From: Octopus sinensis
Taxonomy: Eukaryota
NCBI RefSeq assembly: GCF_006345805.1
Contig: NC_043006.1
Location: 46,314,001 to 46,378,000, forward strand
DNA: 64,000 bases
Direction of reading: 5' to 3'
Under the pieces are notes generated by a model. It did not search any database, had not been told where the DNA came from, and saw only the letters and a program-made list of their open reading frames with translations. This document shows, piece after piece, positions 53,616 through 64,000 of the stretch. The translations under genes and the position numbers were made by a program. Each line of letters begins with the position of its first letter. Positions within the stretch are counted from its first letter, which is position 1.

Positions 53616-54965
53616 TTGGTTTCATATTTTGGCACAAAGTTAGCAATTTCGCGGGGGCGCAGTGAGAGCAAATAAATTTCATCGACCCCACTTACTTATT
53701 TTATGGACCACAATAGGATAAAAGGAAATGTCGACTTCGGCAGAATTTGAACTCAGAGGGTGAAGACGGACGAAATGACTCGAAGTATTTCGTCCGGCAT
53801 GCGAACGATTCTGTTAGCCCGCGATTTAATTATATTGTATTGGTTTCATATTTTAGCACAAAGCCAGCAATTTCAGGGAAGAGGAAAATCAATTTCATCA
53901 ACCCAAGTGCTCAATTGGTACTTAATATATCGACTCCGAAAGGATGAAAGGGAAAGTTAACCTCGGCGGAATTTGAACACAGAAAGTAGAGATGGACGAA
54001 ATGCTGCTAAGTATTTTGCCTAGTGTGCTAACGATTTTGCCAGCTCGCCGCATTATTATACAATATCATATTGGTTACAAGACAGCGAGCTGGCAGAAAC
54101 GTTAACACACCGGTCGAAATGCGTAGCCGTATTTCATCTGCTGTTACGTTCTGAGTTCAAATTCCGCCGAGGTCGACTTTGCCTTTCATCCTTTCGAGGT
54201 AGATTAAATAAGTACGAGTTACGCACTGGGTCGATATAATCGACTTAATCCGTTTGTCCATCCTTGTTTGTCCTCTCTGTGTTTAGCCCCTTGTGGGTAG
54301 TAAGGAAATAAGAATTTCTTCTGCCTTTAGGTTATGAGTTCCAATTCAGCCAAGGTCATCTTTGCCAGTCATCCTTTTGGGGTCGATAAAATAAGTCTCA
54401 GTTGCGAACTGGGATTGATCTAATCAACTGGAACCCTCCCGAAAAGTTTCGGTTCTTGTGCCTAGACTAGAAAAGCATATTATATTGGTTACAAGGCGAC
54501 GAGCTGGCAGAAACGTTAGCACGCCGGGCGAAATGATTAACGGTATTTCGTTTGTCGCTATGTTCTGAGTCCGAATTCCGCTGAGGTCGACTTTGCCTTT
54601 CATACTTTCAGGGTAGATTAAATAAGTACCAGTTACGCACTGGGGTCGATATAATCGACTTAATCCGTTTGTCTGTCCTTGTTTGTCCTCTTTGTGTGTA
54701 GCCCCTTGTGGGCAGTATTTCGTCTGTCTTTATGTTCTGTGTTCAAATTCCACCAAGGTCGACTTTTTTCTTTCATCCGTTCGGAGTCGATAAATTAAGT
54801 ACCCTTTGTGTACTGGAGTCGATCTAATCGTCTGGCCCACTCCCGCCAAATTTCAGACCTTGTGCCTTGAGCAGAAAAGTATATTATATTTGTTACAAAT
54901 TTTGAAAGTTTGGCATAAGGTTAGCAATTTCGAAGAAGCGCTTAAATCGATTACATCGACCCAGG
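53616..54965. mobile_element. cluster of about seven SINE family C units in both orientations
   Basis: Two - units (53616-54050), two + dimers (54081-54481 and 54495-54885), then a - tail remnant. Confidence 0.85.
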
Positions 54966-55458
54966 CGGAATATACTGTTTTACCATATTTCTGCTTATAT
55001 AATATAACTGAAGTTTTCTTTTTCTGTGAGAAAGTCCAAAGTTATTTTATAGCAACGCTTGACTATTTAAGAGAAAAAAGAATATACACAGCTGGCATTT
55101 ATCGTACTTAAGGATATTATCATACCAAATGGTTATATAACTCCTCAATCACGGAATCCAAAACTTTTTCGCCACATATAATAAAATGATATCGATTTCT
55201 TGCATAGGCGAAATAATATGGTGACGATGACATTTGCGGTACGTTAGAACAATAATTGATTTCAAAGAGACACTAGAGGAAAGTAAAAAAAAATAATGCA
55301 TAATTACGTAGTTACGAAGCTAGCTTCTTAACCACGTGGTTTCGTGTTTCATCCTGAGTACATGTACTTTCGATTATAGACCTGGATCAACCAATGGTTC
55401 GTGAGTAAATTTGACAAAGTCTGCAGAAGCCCCTCGCGTATATATATATATATATACG

Positions 55459-56744
55459 TTAGGTTGGCAACTAAGTTGACGCCGTTTAATTAAATTTTGG
55501 AATTTATTGCGTTTTTAAATTTTGGAGTCTATTTTTTTCGAGAATTCTATTTTTGAATCATTTTGGAATCTGTTTTGTTTTTGTTTTTTCTAGTTAATTT
55601 TAGATAATTTTTGTCTATTTTCAGATCATTAAAATGGAATTTCAAGTTAAGAAAAACGAGTATTTTCGACACCTTCTTTTTGCTTTTAATCAAGGTTCTA
55701 AGGCTGCAAAAGTTGCTCGCGACATTTTTGCTGTGCATGGAGAGGGTGCCATTGCTGAAAGAACCACTCGTGATTGGTATGCCAAGTTCAAAATGGAAAT
55801 TTTGACCTTAAAGAAGCATCTCGTTTTGGCTGTCCAGTTGAGTTCGATGAAGAGCGATTACACCAACTTTCACACGAAAATTCTCATCAAACGACAAAGG
55901 AACTGGCTGAGAAAATGGAATGCTCCCACACTGCTATAGAGAAGCATCTTCAGTCGATGGGAAAGGTTCAGAAGTATGGAGCATGGGTTCCGCATGCTTT
56001 AAGTGACAACAACAAAGATCAACGAGTCATAACCTCTGCTGGTTTGCTTGCTCGTCAACGCCCAACTCATGGACACAAGCAACGATTTCTTTATCGAATC
56101 AGTACTGGCGACGAAAATGGTACCTGTACATCAATATGAAGCAGTGTAAGGAATGGCTTAGTCCCGGTAAACAAGCGACACTGCGCGTGAAACAAGTTCT
56201 TCATCCGCGTAAAACGATGTTGTGCGTATGGTGGGACTTGGAAGGGATTAGCCATTGCGAATTGCTTGAACGGAACATAACGGTCAACGCGTAACTCTAT
56301 GTTCAAAAGATGGAACTGCTCAACACGGCTGTTCGAAAGAAAAGGCCTAATCGGTAGCATGGAGTTCTGCTGCACGACAACGCCCGCACTCATATCGCCA
56401 ATATGACCAAGGAAGCCATTGAAACACATGGCTGGAAAGTACTGCCACACCCGGCGTACTCTCCTGATTTGGCACGAGCAGATTTTCATCTCTTTCGATC
56501 TCTTTCAAATGCTATGCACAGAGATTCGTTCAATACTGATGCAGAATTGAGAGCTTGGTTGGATCAATTTTTAGAGTCGAAATCGGGTGGTTTCTACTAG
56601 CGTGATACTGAAAATCTTGTTGAACGTTGGAAAGAAGTTGTAAACAACAAGGGTGAATACATTATTGATTAATTAGTTATTTCTTATTAAACCTTTAAAA
56701 AAAATAAATAAAAAAAGACGGCGGGAACTTAGTTGCCAACCTAA
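55459..56744 (+). mobile_element. near-full-length mariner transposon (~1.29 kb)
   Basis: TIRs TTAGGTTGGCAACTAAGTT / AACTTAGTTGCCAACCTAA, inserted in (TA)n. Confidence 0.95.
55634..56672 (+). pseudogene. mariner DD34D transposase pseudogene
   Basis: MEFQVKKNEYFRHLL...WVPHAL...ISTGDE...LHDNAR...HPAYSPDLARADFHLFRSL...GEYIID*, with at least two frameshifts and three in-frame stops. Confidence 0.95.
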
Positions 56745-57554
56745 TATATATGTGTGTGTGTGTGTATATAGGAGTATATGGAATATATATATGTATGTAT
56801 ATGGGCGTGTATAATTACGCGTGCGTGCATGATCTCGTGATTGACCACAAAACTTGACAACCGGTGTTGGTTTCCTTGCGTCCCAGTAAATTACCGATTG
56901 AGCAAAAGACACTGAAAGTAATAAGAGTGCTAGAGTTAAAAACCATAAATTCTAGGGTCGATTTGTTTGACTAAATGCTTTATGTTGGTGACCCAGTGTT
57001 ACTGCTCGCCAATGACCGAAAAGAATTGATAGAATAATTTACTATTAGCCTTGACTTATAGAAACCTTATCGATGGACTCTATAGTGAGAGTTATAAAAA
57101 CAAGCAAACATTGATTTTTTTTTTCTATCAAGTCAACTGAAGTGAAATGTTTTTCATAGATGATCGATGTTCTGCTGGAGTTATTTGTTCGTTGTTAGTT
57201 TACCTCTACAGTGGTAGGGGCACATTTTAATGCTTAAAACATACAACAAATTGTTGGAATTTCAATGCACCTTTCGCAAACCAATTGGAACATGACCAAT
57301 ATGAACAATGTTATGCACATTATAGACGTGAGTAGACGACACATAATTTTCAGTATTAATTATGGTCGAAAACTCTAATTTTTTTTTTCGTTTGTAATTT
57401 TAATGTTTCTGCCTTTTGTTATGTATTATGCCCTGTAGACAAGTGATTTAGAGTCATCAAAATGGTTGAACACGATCAAACTTAAATAAGTTTTTATTCT
57501 AAATAACGCACTCTGCCAAACAAATGACTGGTAATATACACAAACTGTATGAGG

Positions 57555-57755
57555 TGGCGAGCTGGTATAACTGTTAGCAACTCGAGGCGAATGCTTAATG
57601 GCATTTCGTCCGTCTTTTCATTTTTAGTTCAAAATTCACCGGGGTTGGCTTTACCTTTCATCAGGGTCGATAATATAAGTACCAGTTGAACACAGCTGTA
57701 ATCGACTTAATCACCCCCCACTAAAATTGCTGACCTCGTGCCAAAATTTGAAACC
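57555..57755 (+). mobile_element. old SINE family C copy
   Basis: GGTGGCGAGCTGGTATAACTGTTAGC head, tail CTCGTGCCAAAATTTGAAACCAATA. Confidence 0.7.
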
Positions 57756-57895
57756 AATATATACTTAATATATATAATATTTTTCTGTAAACTTTTACAC
57801 GAAAACAATAAGTATTTTTAACAAAACGCTACAATATTTCTTCTGCATAACATACTGCCAAAACAAGATGTTTTTATTAACTATAATAAACAACT

Positions 57896-58064
57896 GGAGT
57901 GGCTATGAGGTAAGTAGCTTGCTTACCAACCATATGGTTTTGGGTTCAGTCCTACTGCATGGCACCTTGGACAAGTGTCTTCTACTATAGACTCGGGCCG
58001 ACCAAAGCCTTGTGTGTTGATTTGGTAGACGGAAACTGAAAGAAGCCCCTCGTGTATATGAATG

Positions 58065-58095
<31 letters not shown>

Positions 58096-58343
58096 TATAT
58101 ATATATAATATATATATATATATGTATATATATGTATGTGTGTGTATATGTTTGTGTGTCTGTGTTTGTCCCCCAGTATCACTTGACAACCGATGCTGGT
58201 GTTTTTTACGTCCCCGTAACTTAGCGGTTCGGCAGAAGATACCGATAGAATAAGTACTAGTATAAGTCGTGGGGTCTATTTGCTCGACTAAAGGTGGTAC
58301 TCCAGCATGGCCGCAGTCAAATGACTGAAACTAATAAAGAGTA
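57896..58343 (+). mobile_element. SINE family A
   Basis: Match to 873-1361. Confidence 0.9.
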
Positions 58344-60387
58344 ACTACTCTATGCTCATTTCAACAATTTATGGAATGGCTTCACTGCAAAGTCCTGGTT
58401 ACATTTGATGCTGCTACCCTACTACACGTTACCGCTCTGGATATATTTTCCAGATCGGGCGACAAATTGGGATCTGAGTGATTATAAATAACAACTGAAG
58501 CAACCTGAAATATAGAAAGAAACATTTGAAAAAAGAAAAGTAATAGTCCAGGCTAGATTATAATTGCACATGGATCTGCTTGGTCAGAGTAAAGATTTAG
58601 CTAAAGTAACCTAGGGACATACATTTTAAACCTCATCACAGCAAAGCTACTCGGAGTGATTAGCAACTCTCTACTCACTAACAAACTTAACAAATACTAA
58701 GTGTCCAACTGTAATTTAATTCTATTACCTCTAATGGTGATGTGCTGTTGTTTTGAGCAAAACATTTCATTTCGCTCTGCTTAGTCCACACAAATTGTAT
58801 ATATGAATAATCCTGTTATAGACCAGCTCCCTGTCCAAGGAGGAATATATACGCCAGAGAAACCAGGAAGATTATCCTATACTCCTTACGGAATAATATG
58901 GAATAACCTAAACTCTAGCATGAGTATAACAGTTCATGCCCTATTAGAATGCTTGCTGCATATACCATACACCCGGCCCAATCTACTAAAATTTTCCCTT
59001 ATTGTCATCTCTGCTGTTTAGCACTGTAAAGTCTATTCTAATTTTGTTGCATTGTCTATTCTTCCAAAATTGCAAGTGTTTAATAAAACTTCTTTTTCTT
59101 TCAGATATCAATCTACAGAAGTCCAGATTGAGCATTACTGAATGGGGTTGTCAGTTGACTAATTGGCTTTAAATGAAGATAGGAAAATTAAACAAAACTG
59201 AAACAAAACTCAAGTTTTTTTTAATTTTTATCAACCACTGTATTTATTAACTGAGCGTAGTATCGATACACTGCCTTATAGCTCGAAATGTTTTGGGCCG
59301 TAAAAAGCCAGATATCTTGGTCTCAGACACATCACAACATTACTGACTCAGCCAGAATAGTAAAGTCTTGGACTGAATTTCATTATTTAACAGCCAGTTC
59401 GAGGGAACTGTTATTAAAGACGATCCTGCTATGAAATGACAATTTCATTTTATTTCCGAGAATATATTTACCTCCATAACAGAATTATTAATTTGTCTTT
59501 ATATTTTAAAAACTGTTGGGTCAGATTTTGAAGGACGTCTGGTTGCTATTTTGAGTAGTTCAGAGCGACATACAAAGATATTCTCCTTGTTACTTTATCT
59601 CATATTCCGTCGTTATGTCTGCCTGAACATCTAAAGCTTACAACTGACGAAAAATCAATATAAACTCCAAGATTATATTCACCGATATTACTTTATGATT
59701 TGGTGATATGCTGTATTATATTTTACTCAGTTCTGGTTTTATATACAATTTTGAATTAATGTTGTAACAAATTGGTATCATGGCGCATTGTGACGATACC
59801 ATGTTCTGTTCTAACATACACATCATAGCAGACAATGTCCAAGAGAGGATAATTAAGATGATTAACAAAATTTTGTTACCGTTTATCATCTACGTGACAT
59901 TTTAAGCTTCTTAATGTAATATCGAGCTTCAGCTATGGTTTTCTACTTTTACCCACTGCTTCGGTCATTCCTATATGTCATATTACACACAAGAAAACGG
60001 CATCAACAACGGCAGTAGCAACAAAATCGCAGGAAATACGAAAATATGATGATATAAAAATGAATATAAAAACAAAGTCGAAGAAGGAAACTGTCATCAA
60101 TCGCATTCCAATTTCGAAGAGATAGCAATAAATAAATCAATAGTCTGTGTTATAGATTTTTTTTTTATATATTGCAAGTCAAGTATAGGTGTTACCAGCA
60201 CCAGGCACAGATATCAGATATCAGCAAATTACTAACATTGAATTACATCAAACTATATCTATAGAGAATCTTCCCTTACAAGGCAACATACAGATAGAAA
60301 TATAGGCTTGTATGTATGAATGTATTATACGTGTTTGAACGTATGCTTCTGGGTACACACACACACACAAATATATATATATATATA

Positions 60388-60560
60388 TTTTTTTTTTTCT
60401 CTCCTTGTTTCTCTCCGTGTTTCTTTTCTGTGTATCTTTCTGTTGAAGAGCGTAGGCTCGAAAAGTAAAAGACTTGTTTTATTTATATTCCTGAGCGCCA
60501 TACTAATACAATTGTATTCCACCTGCCTTCGTCTTTTGTTTATTTTCATAAAGCTTCCCG

Positions 60561-60562
<2 letters not shown>
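60388..60562 (+). mobile_element. Penelope-like terminal-repeat fragment with hammerhead-like motif (60435-60472)
   Basis: Near-identical to 9021-9199, ends in (TA)n. Confidence 0.7.
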
Positions 60563-60606
<44 letters not shown>

Positions 60607-60629
60607 ACATATATTCTTTCTTTTATTCT

Positions 60630-60769
60630 TGTATTTGTTTCAGTCATACTGGAGCATCTCAATGATTACGGGGACGTAATATCACTAACAAGAGTGTGTC
60701 AAGCCGTGGTGGGGAAGGGGGGGGAGCAAACACAGAACAAAGCACATACATATGCACACACACACACAC

Positions 60770-60807
<38 letters not shown>

Positions 60808-60968
60808 CGACGATCTTTTTTTCAGTTTCCGTCTAACAAATCCACTCACAAGGCTTTGGTCAGCCCAAGGCTATAGTGGAAAAAATCTACCCAAAGTGCT
60901 ACACAGTAGGATTGAAGCCAGAACCATGTGGTTGGCAAGGAAGCGTCTTGCCACACAGCCACACCTGC
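60630..60968 (-). mobile_element. degenerate SINE family A
   Basis: CACTCACAAGGCTTTGGTCAGCCCAAGGCTATAGT and CCACACAGCCACACCTGC blocks. Confidence 0.8.
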
Positions 60969-61419
60969 ACAGGCAGACAGACAGACAGGTCAGACGTGTA
61001 CATGTTAGCGCAGTTAAGTATTTTACTTCAAAACCACTTTGTCCTGTGTTCATTTCTCTAAGAATCTTCTATCTATTCTGGGTCCACCAAATTCCATTGC
61101 AGGGAATTCGTTTAGATTCAAACTCTACGAAAATTCCCACACACATATACACATATTACACACACAAATACACAAACTCATACAATAAATGTGATTGTGT
61201 GTCTGTGTATGGGTGCATGCGTGTGTGTGAGTATGCGTTTGTACGTGAGTAAATACTACTAAACTTATTGGAAAATCTATTAATTTTTGCAGTACTGTGT
61301 GTTATGTTTGCGTGTGTGCGTTAATAAACGATAACACATGAGTTTGTAGCTGTTCGCTATGAGAAACAAACTTCATGTAGCATATGAGGTGTTTTTAGAT
61401 AGCGAGTATGTGAACCTAA

Positions 61420-61712
61420 GCGGAATTTGAACTTACGACGTAAAGACGCACGGAATACAGCTCTGCATTTTAACCGGCCTGCTAACGATTCGTATTTCTT
61501 TATTGCCCACAAGGGGCTAAACATAGAGGGTAAAAACAGGGACATTAAGTCGATTACATCGATCCCAGTGCGCAACTGCTACTTAATTTATCGACCCCGA
61601 AATGATGAAAGGCAAAGTCGACCTCGGCGGAATTTGAACTCACAACGTAACGGCAGATGAAATACGCTAAGCATTTCGCCCGGCGTGCTAACGATTCTGC
61701 CAGCTCGCCACC
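61420..61712 (-). mobile_element. SINE family C (full unit plus partial second unit)
   Basis: Head TGCTAACGATTCTGCCAGCTCGCCACC, tail TATTTCTTTATTGCCCACAAGGGGC. Confidence 0.85.
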
Positions 61713-61993
61713 TTCGGATCGCGTCGTTCGCGAGAAGAGACTCAATAGATCGCAGTGTTGGAGCTGCTCTACTAAGCACGTCACTCCGAACATATATTGC
61801 CTGCTAACGATCTGCCATCACACCGCCTTAATTCGGTACATTGTATTTCAACCCATTGAATACATTTGTGATGTGTATATGAATTCATTATTAGTTTATT
61901 TACCATTTATTGTATGTGTATGATGCATACATGCATTCATATATTTGTGTAAACATAAACTCATCAGCAAATGTTTGTTGTCTCATACCTATT

Positions 61994-62073
<80 letters not shown>

Positions 62074-62535
62074 CACTCTCACTCGCACACATGTTCCACT
62101 TTGTTCCTCTGCGATAACGTTTTGATAATATGCATGGCTATAGAGCCTGATTTTCAGCATCAATGATCAAATGGTATCAGTATGTAGTGCAAGACAAGAA
62201 ATATTCAGAAGCTAAAGCACGGACAGTATTAATTAATTAGTAGCAATTAATGTAATGAACCCCTTAGTATAATGACTTTGTTTTAATGATCGTGCCATCT
62301 ATGTAGCTTTTTTTTCAGTTATTCGAATGTGTTATAGTTATCTGAACTGAAGTGATACAACACAAAGAAATTGAAAACACATTCAATATAGTGACTTCTA
62401 GTATAGATGACAGAAATGCTTTGAATGATTGACTGAGCGTTATAGTTTTGTTATTGTCCCTGTTGCTTTCGTATAACCCTAAGTAAACTCTCAATGAGCA
62501 GACTTCTGACGAAGTGCAATCCATCGCTTAGCGTC

Positions 62536-63088
62536 AAAGTTCGTGCCGATTTATAATAGCTTAACATTCGACTTATTTTAGAACATGGTTGAATCCATAG
62601 AATAGGATTTGACTACACCTCCATTTAGAGCACAGTTTAAGCTATCTTTTTGCAGAAGAAGGGTTTATGTTCCTATAACATGTGTTAATTCTGTAACCTT
62701 TTAAAATGGAAGATAAAGTTCATTTTCGGCATTTGATGCTTTGGGAACCAAACAAAAATTGCTGCAGCTCGGCTGAGATGTGTTACCCCACCCTCCATAT
62801 TCACCAGATGTTGCTCCTTCAGATTTCCACTTATTCAGGTCTCTGCAGAATAGTCTTAATGGTAAAAATTTCAATTCCTTGGATGACGTAAAAAGATACC
62901 GTGATGAATTCTTTGTCATGAAACCACCTCAATTCTGGTAAGAGGGTATTTTCAAGTTAAAGGAAAGATGGAGAAGCATAGTGCAACAAAATGATTCATA
63001 TTTCGTTGATTAAAAATGTAATGGCAAGTATTTATTGACCTTTTTCTTTCCTTTAAAAATCGGTACGAATTTTCCGGGCAACCCAATA
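62536..63088 (+). mobile_element. internally deleted mariner, same family and same deletion as 43826-44400
   Basis: MEDKVHFRHLMLWE fused to the ...HPPYSPDVAPSDFHLFRSL C-terminus. Right TIR intact, left TIR outer part missing. Confidence 0.95.
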
Positions 63089-63842
63089 ACACCACAGTTT
63101 CTAATAAATCATATCCGTATGTATGGCGGTAGGGTATAATTTGAAGACAATTTCACTACTATATCTAACAAATTGAAGACCTATGTAAAGATTTCCTGGT
63201 TTGCTCAATATTAGGTTTTCCAAGGAGGCAAGTTGACAGGATTGTTAGCACAACGAGCAAAATGCTTAGCGTTATTTCCTGTCATTTTGTTCTGAGTTCA
63301 AATTCCGCCGAAGTCGACCCTTGCTTTTGATCCTTTCGGAATCGATATAAAGAAAAGGGGTTGATCACCGGAGTCGATGTACTTGACTTAGCCCTCCTCT
63401 GAGACAGTTGGACTTGTGCCAAAATATGAAACCAATATTTAGATATTCGTATTGTGCAATGTTGACTAAATCAATTAGCTGATGGCATACATTACTCACA
63501 TCTTCACCTTTCATCCTTCTAAAATCGATAACCAGTGTACCAGTCATATATTACGTTGATTTAATTGGCTACATTCCTTAACATTTTCTTTTATTTTCGG
63601 ACTTGACCTTATTTCAAAAATCAATCTCGCCTTTGATTTTAGCCTTTAGATGTAAATATAATATCACTAGTCAAATAATGGGTTAGACTAATTCAGCTAT
63701 ACAATTCTCTATATTTCGTGGCATTATGTCAAGACAAAGTTTCAAATCAATATTTTTAATTTGTTTTTCAACTCTAAGTTTTAATCTTCCGTGGTTAGAT
63801 CTACCCATTAACCCACCCAGATGACAAGAAATAGTAATAGAA

Positions 63843-64000
63843 GGCGGCGAGCTGGCAGAAACGTTAGCACGCCGGGCGAAATGCTTAGCGGTATTTCGTC
63901 TACCGTTACGTTGTGAGTTCAAATTCCGCCGAGGTCGACTTTGCCTTTCATTCTTTCGGGGTCGATAAATTAAGTACTAGTTACGCACTAGGGATGATAT
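63843..64000 (+). mobile_element. SINE family C, runs off the window
   Basis: GGCGGCGAGCTGGCAGAAACGTTAGCACGCCGGGCG...GAGTTCAAATTCCGCC. Confidence 0.9.

Noticed and set aside
59090-59180. Strong splice-acceptor-like TTCTTTTTCTTTCAG
   Set aside because: All three frames close within about 65 nt, there is no convincing donor, and no neighbouring exons were found.

Overview
AT-rich, microsatellite-dense eukaryotic DNA. Its SINE repertoire and 5S sequence look octopus/cephalopod-like (inference from recall, not a database hit). No host protein-coding gene can be supported: almost all listed ORFs are translations of (TA)n/(CA)n/(TATG)n tracts or of repeats. The window is a mosaic of at least four tRNA-derived SINE families, several mariner/Tc1/pogo elements (one near-full-length decayed mariner at 55.5-56.7 kb), non-autonomous Helitrons, decayed LINE fragments (RTE, R4/Dong-like, possibly L1-like), a 5S rRNA pseudogene and a tRNA-like sequence. 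It also carries several Penelope-like (PLE) terminal-repeat fragments sitting in (TA)n tracts, each with a hammerhead ribozyme (HHR) motif. The top finding is at 30879-30953. There, all hammerhead core elements and three complementary stems are present, but in the non-circularly permuted order substrate - GAAA strand - CUGACGA strand, with an extra 8-bp helix. Two further intact-core type I hammerheads lie at 29384-29446 and 52679-52766 (both minus strand). All folds were read by eye; none is computed or tested.
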